Shown one piece after another: positions 8,399-18,199 of a DNA stretch of 34,513 nt. Origin of the DNA: Leptolinea sp. UBA1437 (GTDB lineage Bacteria; Chloroflexota; Anaerolineae; Anaerolineales; Anaerolineaceae); contig DCTP01000140.1 in NCBI GenBank assembly GCA_002329625.1, forward strand, positions 43,520-78,032, written 5' to 3'. Below the pieces are notes generated by a model. That model saw nothing but the letters and a program-made list of their open reading frames with translations. It made no database searches and was not told the origin of the DNA. The stretch's first letter is position 1, and each line of letters starts with the position of its first letter. The translations under genes and the position numbers were made by a program.

Positions 8399-10006
8399 AT
8401 GAGTTCAACGGGTAATCAACCGGTCAAAGGGAAAAAGAAAAGAAGAAAATCAACAATTGTGATCTGGATATTAGTCGGAATCATCGTCCTGATGCTGGCT
8501 GCCGGCGGTTATTTATATCAGCAACAAAAACAGATTGCCGCGGAAAATGCATCCAAACTTGCGAGTCAGATGACTCGGAATGTCAAAGTGGAACAAGGGC
8601 TGATTTCAGAGAATCTGGAAGACATGTCGGGTACGGTTCGATCGAACCAATCGATCAGTCTGAACTGGAAAATCAGCGGGACGGTATCGGATGTTTATGT
8701 TCAACCCGGTGATCAGGTGAAAAAGGGCGACATTCTGGCGGCTTTAGATCCGGCCACAATCGATACTTCCGTACTGGATGCCGCTGTCACAAAAGAAGAT
8801 GCGGAAGAACAGTTGGAACGCCTCTATACCTCTTCACTGGATCTCGCTACAGCCTATAATACAATGATTACCGCGCAAGATGCTGTGAAAACGGCTGAAG
8901 ATGCTCTTTCGGCATTGGGTGTCGTTCGTGAAGATGAAATAGAAATCGGTGTTTACTACCAGGATTATCTGAACGCAAAATCCGCTTATGAAAGCGCGTT
9001 GGATCACTACAATACGCTGAAAGTTCGACCCTTAGATGATGTCGACCGGGAACGGGCTTCCCAAAGATTGGAAAGTGCCCGTTCGGCGATGGAGAGTGCA
9101 CTTTCCATGTATAACTGGTACAACGGTGAGGTCGACAGCCTGGAAAAACAACAGGCGGAAGCGGATGTAATCTTGAAAAAAGCACAATATGATGACGCGG
9201 TCCGCGCTTACAACAAGATCAAGGACGGTCCGACGGAATCCCAGGTCAAATCTCTGGAAGCACAAGTAAAATCCGCGGAAGCGACGGTTAACACAGCTTA
9301 TATTATTGCCCCGATCGATGGGACGGTGGCTGAAGTGGCTTCCAAACAATTCGACGTAATTACATTGGACAATACAACGGATGAAGTTTTAGCCATCCGT
9401 CTGGAAGATTTATCCTCCTATTCCATTGATGTGTCTGTTTCAGAAATGGATGTGAACTCAGTTGAAGTAGGGCAGACCGCCGAGATCACCTTTGATGCCG
9501 TTCCTTTGAAAATGTTTACCGGAAAGATCGTCAGCATTTCCAATGTCGGGGATACGAGCGGAGAAGAAGTAACTTATGCTCTTACGATTCGAATGGATGA
9601 TACCGACCCTTCGGTTCGTCCGGGGATGATGGCGGATATTCAAATTCGCACGAAAGAAGCTGCCGGTGCTTTGATTGTTCCGAAGACGGCTATCGGAACG
9701 GCGCAGGACGGCAGCCAATATGTGGAAAAAGTTAATCAGGACGGCACGACAACCCGTATTTCGGTTACAACCGGTATTTCTTCGGACGAGAACATTCAAA
9801 TTCTTTCCGATCAAATTCAATCCGGTGACGAAGTTAGAGAGACCGTTTTACCGGATATGTCGCAAAATGCCGGAGCAACCGGTGCCGGCGGGCTTTTTAA
9901 TGGGCTACCGATCCGGATTGACGGCGGCGCTGCCGGAGGCGGTGCGCCTCGCGGAGGGGGTCAAAGCGGACCTCCCCCCGACGGTGGCGGCGGACAGAGG
10001 CCATGA
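8399..10006 (+). CDS. Periplasmic adaptor / membrane fusion protein, type B, N-terminal TM anchor, Gly-rich tail
   Basis: Basic N-terminus plus TM helix, VQPGDQVKKGDILA, IAPIDGTV, VRPGM. Confidence 0.9.
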   Translation: MSSTGNQPVKGKKKRRKSTIVIWILVGIIVLMLAAGGYLYQQQKQIAAENASKLASQMTRNVKVEQGLISENLEDMSGTVRSNQSISLNWKISGTVSDVYVQPGDQVKKGDILAALDPATIDTSVLDAAVTKEDAEEQLERLYTSSLDLATAYNTMITAQDAVKTAEDALSALGVVREDEIEIGVYYQDYLNAKSAYESALDHYNTLKVRPLDDVDRERASQRLESARSAMESALSMYNWYNGEVDSLEKQQAEADVILKKAQYDDAVRAYNKIKDGPTESQVKSLEAQVKSAEATVNTAYIIAPIDGTVAEVASKQFDVITLDNTTDEVLAIRLEDLSSYSIDVSVSEMDVNSVEVGQTAEITFDAVPLKMFTGKIVSISNVGDTSGEEVTYALTIRMDDTDPSVRPGMMADIQIRTKEAAGALIVPKTAIGTAQDGSQYVEKVNQDGTTTRISVTTGISSDENIQILSDQIQSGDEVRETVLPDMSQNAGATGAGGLFNGLPIRIDGGAAGGGAPRGGGQSGPPPDGGGGQRP

Positions 10007-10022
10007 AATTGCTGAGGGGAAA

Positions 10023-11201
10023 ATGACAGAAAAAAACGGAAAAAATGTAATTCATACAGAACATTTAAAGAAATATTATGTCATGGGCGATATCGAAGTC
10101 CGTGCTTTGAATGATATCTCGTTGGATATTGATTATGGGGAGTTTACAGCCATTATGGGACCTTCCGGCTCCGGAAAATCAACTTTAATGAATATTTTGG
10201 GCTGTTTGGATCGTCCGACGGACGGGATTTATTTGCTGGACGGGATCGACGTATCGCAAATGGATGATTCGGAACTGGCTGAAATTCGCAACCGAAAAGT
10301 CGGGTTTGTTTTCCAAAGCTTCAACTTGCTTCCGCGTTCCTCGGCGTTGGAGAATGTGATGCTGCCGATCCTCTATTCAAAGAATAAAGCAAATGCGAAA
10401 GAACGGGCAGCGGAAGCCCTGGAATTGGTGGGGCTGGGTAGCCGAATGAAACATAAACCGAAGGAGCTTTCCGGCGGACAGCAACAACGGGTGGCTGTTG
10501 CCAGGGCTTTGGTAAATGATCCGGAAATCATCATGGCTGATGAACCGACGGGGAACCTAGATAGTAAATCCGGCGGCGAAATTATGGAATTGTTGATTAA
10601 ACTGAATCAGGAACGCGGAAAGACCATCATCATGGTGACGCATGATCCGCGTATCGGGCGGCATGTCCCGCGAGTGATCAGCGTGTTTGACGGAATGTTG
10701 GGAACGGAGGAGGAACAGGCGCTTATCCGCAGCTGGGTGAAACCGGATGGGGAAGATATTCCGGATATTAAGGGAAAATCCTCCGAAAAGAAAAATGACG
10801 GAAACGATACACAGACGAACGGGAAAAATGGGTCGAACGGCAACGGAGAACAACATCAGTCCGAAAATACGGATAAAAACGACCCGGTTGAAAAAAAGAA
10901 TACGAATGACAACAAGGCGGATGACCCGTCTTCGGATGATGATCCGCCGAAAAATGCCGGTCATATAACTGCCACCGAAGCGTTAATCAGAGCTTTCGGG
11001 AACGGGAAATCTTCTCCAAACGGCAGTGACCATTCCGACGGCGACGGTGATCATGGGGATCATAAAGCAGGAGAGACAAACGGAGCTGCGGATGCTTTGG
11101 CGAATGCGTTCGGGAAACGGATCGACGAAGATGCGATCAGAGCGGCTCAATCTTCATCCATGAAGAAACAGCCTAAAGCGGGAAAGGGTGGCGCGAAATG
11201 A
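10023..11201 (+). CDS. ABC transporter ATP-binding protein (MacB/LolD/YknY-like) with long low-complexity C-terminal extension
   Basis: GPSGSGKST, FQSFNL, LSGGQQQR, ADEPTGNLD, VTHD. Start reassigned to ATG 10023 (RBS GAGGGG). Confidence 0.93.
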   Translation: MTEKNGKNVIHTEHLKKYYVMGDIEVRALNDISLDIDYGEFTAIMGPSGSGKSTLMNILGCLDRPTDGIYLLDGIDVSQMDDSELAEIRNRKVGFVFQSFNLLPRSSALENVMLPILYSKNKANAKERAAEALELVGLGSRMKHKPKELSGGQQQRVAVARALVNDPEIIMADEPTGNLDSKSGGEIMELLIKLNQERGKTIIMVTHDPRIGRHVPRVISVFDGMLGTEEEQALIRSWVKPDGEDIPDIKGKSSEKKNDGNDTQTNGKNGSNGNGEQHQSENTDKNDPVEKKNTNDNKADDPSSDDDPPKNAGHITATEALIRAFGNGKSSPNGSDHSDGDGDHGDHKAGETNGAADALANAFGKRIDEDAIRAAQSSSMKKQPKAGKGGAK

Positions 11202-12421
11202 ATCTGGGAACACTGATCCATGAGGCAATCACCAACCTGCTTTCCAATAAAGTTCGCTCGTTACTGACTATGTTGGGCATTTTTATCGGTGTCGGTGCCG
11301 TTATCGCGATGATGTCGGTGGGATTGGGTGCGAAGAAATCCATTACCGACCAAATGAGCGCATTGGGAGCGGATACGCTTTATATTTCTCCGGGAAATTT
11401 CACACAAACCGTTCGAAATCCCGGAACGCTTACAAATGAAGATGCAAACGCTATCGAAGCATTAGACTGTATTGACAGTATCTCTCCGACTTCTTCCGCT
11501 CAATTGACGGTTTCCCGAGCGGGGAAACAATCTAGTACCTTGACGGTTACCGGCGTTTTCCCGACTTATTTGACGATTGAAAACTACAGTTTAGCCGAAG
11601 GCAGATTTATCACTCAGGCTGATTTGGATAATAATGCGATGGTGACTGTTATCGGATCAGATACGCGGGATCTGATGTTTGAAACCTATGAAGAGGCGGT
11701 TGGAAATACTGTCCGAATCGGCGGTCAACCTTATGAAGTGGTCGGCGTTCTGAAGTCGAAAGGGGACGCGAGTATGATCAGTTCGGATCGCGGGGTTTAC
11801 GTTCCGTTGACAACCGCTCAGAATCGCCTGATAACCCGGCAGAAACATGCCTTGGATCAGATCGCTATGAAAATCAATCCGGCGTACAGTGCGGAAGCCG
11901 CCGAAGCTGCCGTGACCGAACTGATGCGGGATCGGCATGATATCCTTTCCGGCGAACCGGACGATTTCTCGATCTTTAATATGCAGGAAATCGTCGATAC
12001 CATGAATTCCGTCATGAATTCCTTTGTGATTTTCCTCGGAAGTGTCGCCGGAATTTCGTTGTTGGTAGGTGGAATCGGGATTATGAACATTATGTTAGTT
12101 ACCGTTACCGAACGGACGAAGGAAATTGGTCTGCGAAAAGCATTGGGCGCAAAAAATCGGGATATTCAACTTCAATTTTTGGTCGAATCTTCTGTATTGA
12201 GTCTAATCGGCGGAATATTCGGGATTATTTTTGGTTATGTATTGGCATATGCAGTTGCGGCGATTGCGGCAAATGCCGGATCACCGATGACTCCCGAAAT
12301 CAATCCTTTAATTATCCTCGGAACCTGTCTGTTCTCAATCCTGACCGGACTGTTTTTCGGAATTTATCCGGCGAATCGGGCTGCAAAACTGGAGCCGGTG
12401 ATTGCGTTACGAACGGAATGA
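11198..12421 (+). CDS. ABC transporter permease (MacB/FtsX/YknZ-like)
   Basis: RSLLTMLGI.IGV, LLVGGIGIMNIMLV.V.ERT.EIG.RKALGA, G.YPA..AA.L.P..ALR; ATGA overlap with the ATPase. Confidence 0.95.
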   Translation: MNLGTLIHEAITNLLSNKVRSLLTMLGIFIGVGAVIAMMSVGLGAKKSITDQMSALGADTLYISPGNFTQTVRNPGTLTNEDANAIEALDCIDSISPTSSAQLTVSRAGKQSSTLTVTGVFPTYLTIENYSLAEGRFITQADLDNNAMVTVIGSDTRDLMFETYEEAVGNTVRIGGQPYEVVGVLKSKGDASMISSDRGVYVPLTTAQNRLITRQKHALDQIAMKINPAYSAEAAEAAVTELMRDRHDILSGEPDDFSIFNMQEIVDTMNSVMNSFVIFLGSVAGISLLVGGIGIMNIMLVTVTERTKEIGLRKALGAKNRDIQLQFLVESSVLSLIGGIFGIIFGYVLAYAVAAIAANAGSPMTPEINPLIILGTCLFSILTGLFFGIYPANRAAKLEPVIALRTE

Positions 12422-14112
12422 TGACGGTGAAAAATATGGTTGGGAGAAAAATAACTCTGCTTACCGGACTGAAATCATCCGGAGGAGTTCAACCGAAAAA
12501 AATTCTGCGGAATTCGGCCCTAGTACTCTGTCTGTTTGCCGTAATAGGATGCTCAGCTGTCTCGCAGAAGATCGGAATTGGACTGACGGCGACTCCGGCG
12601 GGATTGGAAGGAATTCCGGTAACCCGCGGGGACATCAGCGCCGCCGTTACGCTTGTGGGAAACGTGACTTATGCTCAATCCGCGGTTATTTTGTGGAAGA
12701 CGACCGGTGTGATACAGAATGTGAATGTTAAGATCGGTGATCAGGTAGAACAAGATGATATCTTGGCTGAATTATCTGAGGATTCGTTGAATTCCTCTGT
12801 GTTGATCGCCGAAAAAAATCTGATTGATGCTCAGGACAATCTGACAAATGTAATGGAATCGACAACGGCAAAAAGCGAAGCCCTGTCCACGCTTACGGCT
12901 GCGGAAATCACTTACCAAGCCACAAAGCAAGCGCAGGAGGCGTTATATTATCCGCGAGGATCGCAACTGGATGTCGAAATGTCTTATGATGCGTATCAGT
13001 TGGCTTTGGAAAACTACAATTATGCAAAGGAAGATTATCGGGTGGTGCTGGCAAACTATAAAGGATGGGATGACGCGGCTAGAACCACTTACTATCAAGC
13101 ATATAAAACCGCTTATGACAATTTGATTTCAACCTATGAGGATTGGAAATACCTAAGCGGGACGCCCGATAATGTTGAGCTGGCATCCGCCCAAGGTGAG
13201 GTGTTGAGCGCTCAAAAAGCTTTTCAGGATGCGTTGGATACTTATAGTTCTTATCAGACACTTCCGAGAGACGAAGATCTGCATGCAGCTAATGTGACGG
13301 TTCATTCGGCGGAATCCAGTTTTCAGCAACGATATGCGATTGCGCCCTTTAGTGGAACCGTTACAGCCGTTTACGCGGAGCCGGGTTTGTATGTCACTAC
13401 CGGCACCTCGGCTTTTCAGTTGGACGATATGAGTGAGTATTACATTTCGTTGGATACTTCGGAAGTGGATGTCAAGGACATTTATGCGGGACAGAAGGTG
13501 CAAATTACTTTGGACGCGATTCCAAATACCACATTCTCGGGAATTGTTAAACAGGTTGCCGGTGCCGGAACTTCATCGACCACCAATACCGTGTTTAAAA
13601 CGCTAATTAAATTTGATCAACAGGATCCGCAAATTAAAGCGGGTATGACTGCGGAAGTGAATATTTTCCTCGGAACCAAAGAGGATGTACTGCAGGTTCC
13701 TTTAAGTGCGATCAATCAGGAGAACGGGCGTTCTTATGTTCTGAAAATAAATGGGTCCGAAACACAAAAAATTGAGATCACAACCGGTGTCACATCCGGG
13801 GACCTGATTGAAGTTAAATCGGATGAGCTTAAAGAAGGGGATAAGGTTGTTGTTTCGGAAACGGATTTACAGAATTATCTGAATTCGCTGACGGAAACAA
13901 AATCGACTCCGCAACCCGCCAAGTCGGAAGGCACCTCTCTGGCACCGATTGGAACTTTTCAGCCGATGGGTTCGGGTACGCCCGCGGCACCGATCGGAAC
14001 TTTTCAGCCGCAGAAAACCGGTATGAACCCCGGTCGCCCCGCAGGTACTCAGCCGGCTTTTTCCGGGACACCGTATCCACAAAATATGAACAAAACAGAA
14101 AATAACGGATGA
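12418..14112 (+). CDS. Periplasmic adaptor / membrane fusion protein, type A', possible lipoprotein, Pro/Thr-rich tail (start uncertain)
   Basis: AVIG-C, VTRG..LVGNV, VKIGDQV, IAPFSGTV, KAGMTA; paralog of 6958..8316. Confidence 0.88.
   Translation: MMTVKNMVGRKITLLTGLKSSGGVQPKKILRNSALVLCLFAVIGCSAVSQKIGIGLTATPAGLEGIPVTRGDISAAVTLVGNVTYAQSAVILWKTTGVIQNVNVKIGDQVEQDDILAELSEDSLNSSVLIAEKNLIDAQDNLTNVMESTTAKSEALSTLTAAEITYQATKQAQEALYYPRGSQLDVEMSYDAYQLALENYNYAKEDYRVVLANYKGWDDAARTTYYQAYKTAYDNLISTYEDWKYLSGTPDNVELASAQGEVLSAQKAFQDALDTYSSYQTLPRDEDLHAANVTVHSAESSFQQRYAIAPFSGTVTAVYAEPGLYVTTGTSAFQLDDMSEYYISLDTSEVDVKDIYAGQKVQITLDAIPNTTFSGIVKQVAGAGTSSTTNTVFKTLIKFDQQDPQIKAGMTAEVNIFLGTKEDVLQVPLSAINQENGRSYVLKINGSETQKIEITTGVTSGDLIEVKSDELKEGDKVVVSETDLQNYLNSLTETKSTPQPAKSEGTSLAPIGTFQPMGSGTPAAPIGTFQPQKTGMNPGRPAGTQPAFSGTPYPQNMNKTENNG
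13941..14010 (+). repeat. 25-bp direct repeat (13941-13965 and 13986-14010) encoding APIGTFQP twice
   Basis: GGCACCGATTGGAACTTTTCAGCCG and GGCACCGATCGGAACTTTTCAGCCG, one mismatch. Confidence 0.9.
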
Positions 14113-14115
14113 AAA

Positions 14116-15621
14116 ATGGATCATAAAATAACGGTTCAAACAAAAAGTCGAAAAAATACCTGGATCATTCTCATTCTGACACTTGTCGTCATTGCTCTGG
14201 GTGTATTTCTTTACATTTTTTATACGGGTCAAAAAGCCAGCCAGGCAGCTGTAGCTGCTCGGATCGCCGCCGGTCAACCCAGTGTTTCTTCGGTTGAATC
14301 CGGTCCGATGAAATTGGTCATCGAGGATATCAGCGGAACGGTACGTTCCAATCAATCCGTAGATCTTGCTTGGAAAACGAGCGGAACCGTCGCAGCGGTT
14401 AATGTATCCGTCGGTGATTCGGTAAAACAGGGTGATATATTGGCGGAGCTTGACCCAAAAACGCTTTCGATTCAAGTGCAGAACGCTCAGGTTGAGTTGG
14501 ATGATGCCAAGGATGATATGGAAAAGTTAACCAATAATGCGGAAGCGACCACCTCGGCTGTAACCGAATTGGTAAAAGCGCAACAGGAATTGGATGATGC
14601 TCAGAAAGCCTATGACAGCCTGGATCCTTCCCGCGCATGGACGGATGCCGTTCAACTGGCATACGAGACCTATTTGAAAGCTCAAAATGATTATGAATCC
14701 GCATTGGCAAAATTTGAAGTCACTCGTGATTATCCGATAGATGATGCCACACGTATTAAAAGATTGGGCGATGTCGGCGGCTATCGCAGTGTCCGCGATA
14801 ATGCCCTGGCGGAATATCGTCGCTATTTGGGAGAAGGAAATGAAATGGAGCGGCTGATTCGGGAAGCTGCGTTGCAGCTTGCCAAAGCGACTCTCGAAGA
14901 AAAACAATACCAATATGATAAAGTGACAAAAGGCCCGACCGAAGCCGAAATCAATGCGGCTCAGGCAAAAATTGATGCGGCACAGCAGAAACTCAATTCT
15001 TCCAAACTGATCGCACCGTTCAGCGGGGTGGTAACACAATTGGAAACCAAAGTGAATGATGTCATTTCGGAAACGGCCGCAGCTTCCGCAACCAAAACGA
15101 CCGCAATCCGAATTGAAGATTTGTCCACTTTTTATATTGACACAACGGTCAATGAATTGGATGTAAATTCCATCCAACCGGGGCAGGCTGCGGAGATTCA
15201 ATTTATCGGGATTCCCGATAAAACTTATCATGGGACGGTGACGACGGTTGCCGATACGGGTATATCTTCCGGTCGATCGGTCACTTTTAATGTGACGCTG
15301 AAAATTGATGATGCGGATGAACTCGTGAAGTCCGGAATGACCGCCGATTTATCGATGACTATTGCGAATATCCCGGAAACGCTTTATGTCCCATTGTCTT
15401 CCGTACTGTTGAAGAACGGTCAGCCGTCTGTAAATCTAAAAAAGACGGATGGATCTTTTGAATGGATTCCCATCGAAACCGGCTTGGTGTCCGGAACCAA
15501 AGTGCAAGTATTATCGGATAACCTGAAAGCCGGTGATGAGATTGAGGCGGATGTGAATGTCGATTCGACCGATACGAACGATAATCCGATGTTCCCGATG
15601 GGTTTTGGCGGTAGAATGTAA
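14116..15621 (+). CDS. Periplasmic adaptor / membrane fusion protein, type B', N-terminal TM anchor
   Basis: EDISGTVRSNQS, VSVGDSVKQGDILA, IAPFSGVV, KSGMTA; paralog of 8399..10006. Confidence 0.9.
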   Translation: MDHKITVQTKSRKNTWIILILTLVVIALGVFLYIFYTGQKASQAAVAARIAAGQPSVSSVESGPMKLVIEDISGTVRSNQSVDLAWKTSGTVAAVNVSVGDSVKQGDILAELDPKTLSIQVQNAQVELDDAKDDMEKLTNNAEATTSAVTELVKAQQELDDAQKAYDSLDPSRAWTDAVQLAYETYLKAQNDYESALAKFEVTRDYPIDDATRIKRLGDVGGYRSVRDNALAEYRRYLGEGNEMERLIREAALQLAKATLEEKQYQYDKVTKGPTEAEINAAQAKIDAAQQKLNSSKLIAPFSGVVTQLETKVNDVISETAAASATKTTAIRIEDLSTFYIDTTVNELDVNSIQPGQAAEIQFIGIPDKTYHGTVTTVADTGISSGRSVTFNVTLKIDDADELVKSGMTADLSMTIANIPETLYVPLSSVLLKNGQPSVNLKKTDGSFEWIPIETGLVSGTKVQVLSDNLKAGDEIEADVNVDSTDTNDNPMFPMGFGGRM

Positions 15622-15654
15622 TTCGGACCCTATCACAAATTCTTAAATACTACG

Positions 15655-15715
15655 CTGGTGATCGAATGGTTAAGGCTGGAGTCATGCTCCGGTCTCAGCC
15701 ATTTTGGTCCATCGG
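15655..15715 (+). other. Long G-U-rich stem-loop downstream of the exporter operon (terminator, mRNA stabiliser or sRNA)
   Basis: CTGGTGATCGAATGGTTAAGGCTGGAG-tcatg-CTCCGGTCTCAGCCATTTTGGTCCATCGG pairs over most of its length. Confidence 0.6.
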
Positions 15716-15807
15716 ATAAGTGGTAAAATGAATTGAATCTCCCGCAATAATTTCTCTTTCCGGGGATTTTTTTTAACATCTATCAATAAATAAGGGATAA
15801 TGAACAA

Positions 15808-16626
15808 ATGAAAATACTAATTGCTTGTGATATGGAAGGAATTACCGGAGTAACACGCTGGGAACATTGCAATCCGACTCATCCGGAATATCAGCGTTTC
15901 CGGAAACAAATGACAATGGATGTCAATGCGGCTGTTGAAGGCGCTTTTGCTGGCGGGGCTGAGGAAGTTCAGATTGCAGACGGTCATTCCCAGGGGCAGA
16001 ATCTGTTGATAGAAGAACTTGATTCCCGTGCCCAATTGAATTGCGGGACTACCTCTCCATGGAGCATGATGAATGGAATTGATTCCGGATTTGGAGGAGT
16101 GTTTTTTATTGGCTATCACGCTATGGCCGGGACGGCGAATGCCATCTTGGCGCACACTTGGTCCACTCAAATCCTTAATTGGAAAATCAACGGACAGAAG
16201 ATCGGTGAATTCGGGATGAACGCATTGATTGCCGGCTGGTTCGATGTACCGGCTTTGATGGTTAGTGGGGATCAGAGTCTGTCTATGGAAGCTTTGCGGT
16301 TCGTTCCGGATATAAACTGTGCCGTTGTCAAAGAAGCCAACGGTTATTTTTCGGGGAAATGCTTTTCTCCGGCAAAGACTCATGAGCGCATTTTGGAATG
16401 TGCCGAATTGGCTGTGCAAAATAAACGAGAGGGGCGAGGACCGCAACCGCTGAAGATGAATGCCCCATACGAAGTGGAAGTGGAATTCACTCAACCCTAT
16501 ATGGCTGAGACAGCCTCCCGATTGACGGGATCGGAACGTACCGGTGGTCGGTCGGTAACCATCACTGTGCCGGATATTCCGGCAGCCTTTTTGGCAGCAA
16601 GGACCTTATGTAACCTCGCAGAATAA
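15808..16626 (+). CDS. dppA: D-aminopeptidase, M55 family
   Basis: DMEG, DGH, GYHA, AHT zinc-ligand motifs, SGD. Confidence 0.92.
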   Translation: MKILIACDMEGITGVTRWEHCNPTHPEYQRFRKQMTMDVNAAVEGAFAGGAEEVQIADGHSQGQNLLIEELDSRAQLNCGTTSPWSMMNGIDSGFGGVFFIGYHAMAGTANAILAHTWSTQILNWKINGQKIGEFGMNALIAGWFDVPALMVSGDQSLSMEALRFVPDINCAVVKEANGYFSGKCFSPAKTHERILECAELAVQNKREGRGPQPLKMNAPYEVEVEFTQPYMAETASRLTGSERTGGRSVTITVPDIPAAFLAARTLCNLAE

Positions 16627-16687
16627 CAAAATTAAAGCTGCTTCGTGAAGGGCGACCGAAAAAGCAGAACTACAAAAAGGAACCTGT

Positions 16688-17584
16688 ATGAAATACTTTT
16701 CGGACACCTTAAATACCGAACAAAATAACAGAAAAATCTACCAAGCCTTAATTATTACGCTGGTAGGTAATTTAATATTAGCTTTATCCAAACTCTATAT
16801 TGCCCATGTTTCCGGTAGCTCGGCACTTCAAGCGGACGCTTACAACTCTTTATCCGACGTTCTGTACTCCGTTACATTGGTGATCGGCATGATGATCGCA
16901 ATTCGTCCAGCAGATATTTCTCATCCCCAGGGCCATCGTCGTTTCGAACCATTGGTGGGCTTGCTGATCAGTTTTTCCATGGCTTGGGCTGGATATCAGG
17001 CTGTATCTGAGTCTATCGATAAAATCAGAACTGGTCCGACGACTTTTGACGTTGGATTACCGATCTTGGTGTTGTTTTTCTCGGCGGTAATCAAAGGAGT
17101 GATGTATTGGTTGATTCATCGGATTGCGATTGATCTTTCCAGTCCGACATTGAAGACAGCCGCAATCGATAATTTGATGGATACAATTACCTCTTTTACC
17201 GCCATTATCGGGATTGTTCTTTCCAAATTTTGGTCGCCTTTGGCAGATCCGATAGCTGGTATTCTGGTGTCCGTATGGATCTTTCGAGCCGCTTTTGAAG
17301 CCCTTCAGGAAAATTTGGGCTTTTTGACCGGTGCCGGTGCATCCGAAGAACGCCGGCAGCAGTTTTTGGATATTATCCGTTCGGTACCGGGTGTAGCGAA
17401 TGTTCATCAGCTGTTTGCTGAACATGTCGGATCCACTTTTGTACTGGACGTGCATATCAATGTTGACGGCAACATGCCGCTTTATCAGGTTCACCGGATC
17501 GAAACCGAAATCGAAGAAAAGCTGACTGCGATTCCGGACGTGGAACGAGCTTATATTCATGTCGAACCGTTGGGATATGAATAG
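16688..17584 (+). CDS. Cation diffusion facilitator family transporter (FieF-like)
   Basis: S.AL.AD...SD, PAD..HP.GH.RFE, DPI, C-terminal IHVEP. Confidence 0.92.
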   Translation: MKYFSDTLNTEQNNRKIYQALIITLVGNLILALSKLYIAHVSGSSALQADAYNSLSDVLYSVTLVIGMMIAIRPADISHPQGHRRFEPLVGLLISFSMAWAGYQAVSESIDKIRTGPTTFDVGLPILVLFFSAVIKGVMYWLIHRIAIDLSSPTLKTAAIDNLMDTITSFTAIIGIVLSKFWSPLADPIAGILVSVWIFRAAFEALQENLGFLTGAGASEERRQQFLDIIRSVPGVANVHQLFAEHVGSTFVLDVHINVDGNMPLYQVHRIETEIEEKLTAIPDVERAYIHVEPLGYE

Positions 17585-17695
17585 CCCCAGACCGTAATAC
17601 CGGCAACGATATTTTATTCCCGCTCTGAAGAAGCGATCCGATTTTGAAAGAAGGATCCGAAACGCATCCTTTATGGACAGAAAGATCCCGATCGA

Positions 17696-17724
17696 TTGAC
17701 TTTTATCAACAAAATTCTTAGAAT
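17696..17724 (+). promoter_or_regulatory. Sigma70-type promoter for dtd-uvrC
   Basis: TTGACT-N17-TAGAAT. Confidence 0.75.
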
Positions 17725-17759
17725 CTTATGATAAAAATAATTAAGCGGAATATGAAAAG

Positions 17760-18197
17760 ATGAAAGCGGTTATACAACGTGTCAGTCGAGCTTCGGTCAC
17801 CGTCGATGGGCGGTTAATCAGCCGTATCGGGACCGGTTTGCTGGTTCTTTTAGGCGTCGAAGAAGGGGATACCCAAGAAAAAGCGGTTATGATGGCAAAG
17901 AAAACCGCCGCATTGCGAATATTTCGGGATGAAAACGATAAGATGAACCTTTCTGTTCGGGATTGCGCCGGGGAAGCGATTGTTGTTTCACAATTCACCT
18001 TGTGTGCGGATACACGGAAAGGGAATCGCCCTTCTTTCATCGGGGCCGCTGCACCGGAAATCGCCGCTCCGCTGGTTGATCTGTTCGCAGAAGAAATGCG
18101 GGAGCAGGGTGTCCCGACACAGCAGGGTATTTTCGGCGCGGATATGAAAGTCGAACTCTTAAATGATGGACCGGTGACCATCCTGCTGGAAAATTAG
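17760..18197 (+). CDS. dtd: D-aminoacyl-tRNA deacylase
   Basis: MKAVIQRV, SQFTL, KGNRPSF, NDGPVT. Confidence 0.97.
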   Translation: MKAVIQRVSRASVTVDGRLISRIGTGLLVLLGVEEGDTQEKAVMMAKKTAALRIFRDENDKMNLSVRDCAGEAIVVSQFTLCADTRKGNRPSFIGAAAPEIAAPLVDLFAEEMREQGVPTQQGIFGADMKVELLNDGPVTILLEN

Positions 18198-18199
18198 TT

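Noticed and set aside
9675-10022. 116-aa N-terminal extension of the ABC ATPase in the ORF track
   Set aside because: It overlaps adaptor B in another frame; a good RBS and ATG at 10023 give a normal start
17651-17671. Hairpin AAGGAT..ATCCTT after the CDF gene as a terminator
   Set aside because: Short interrupted stem and poor U-tail
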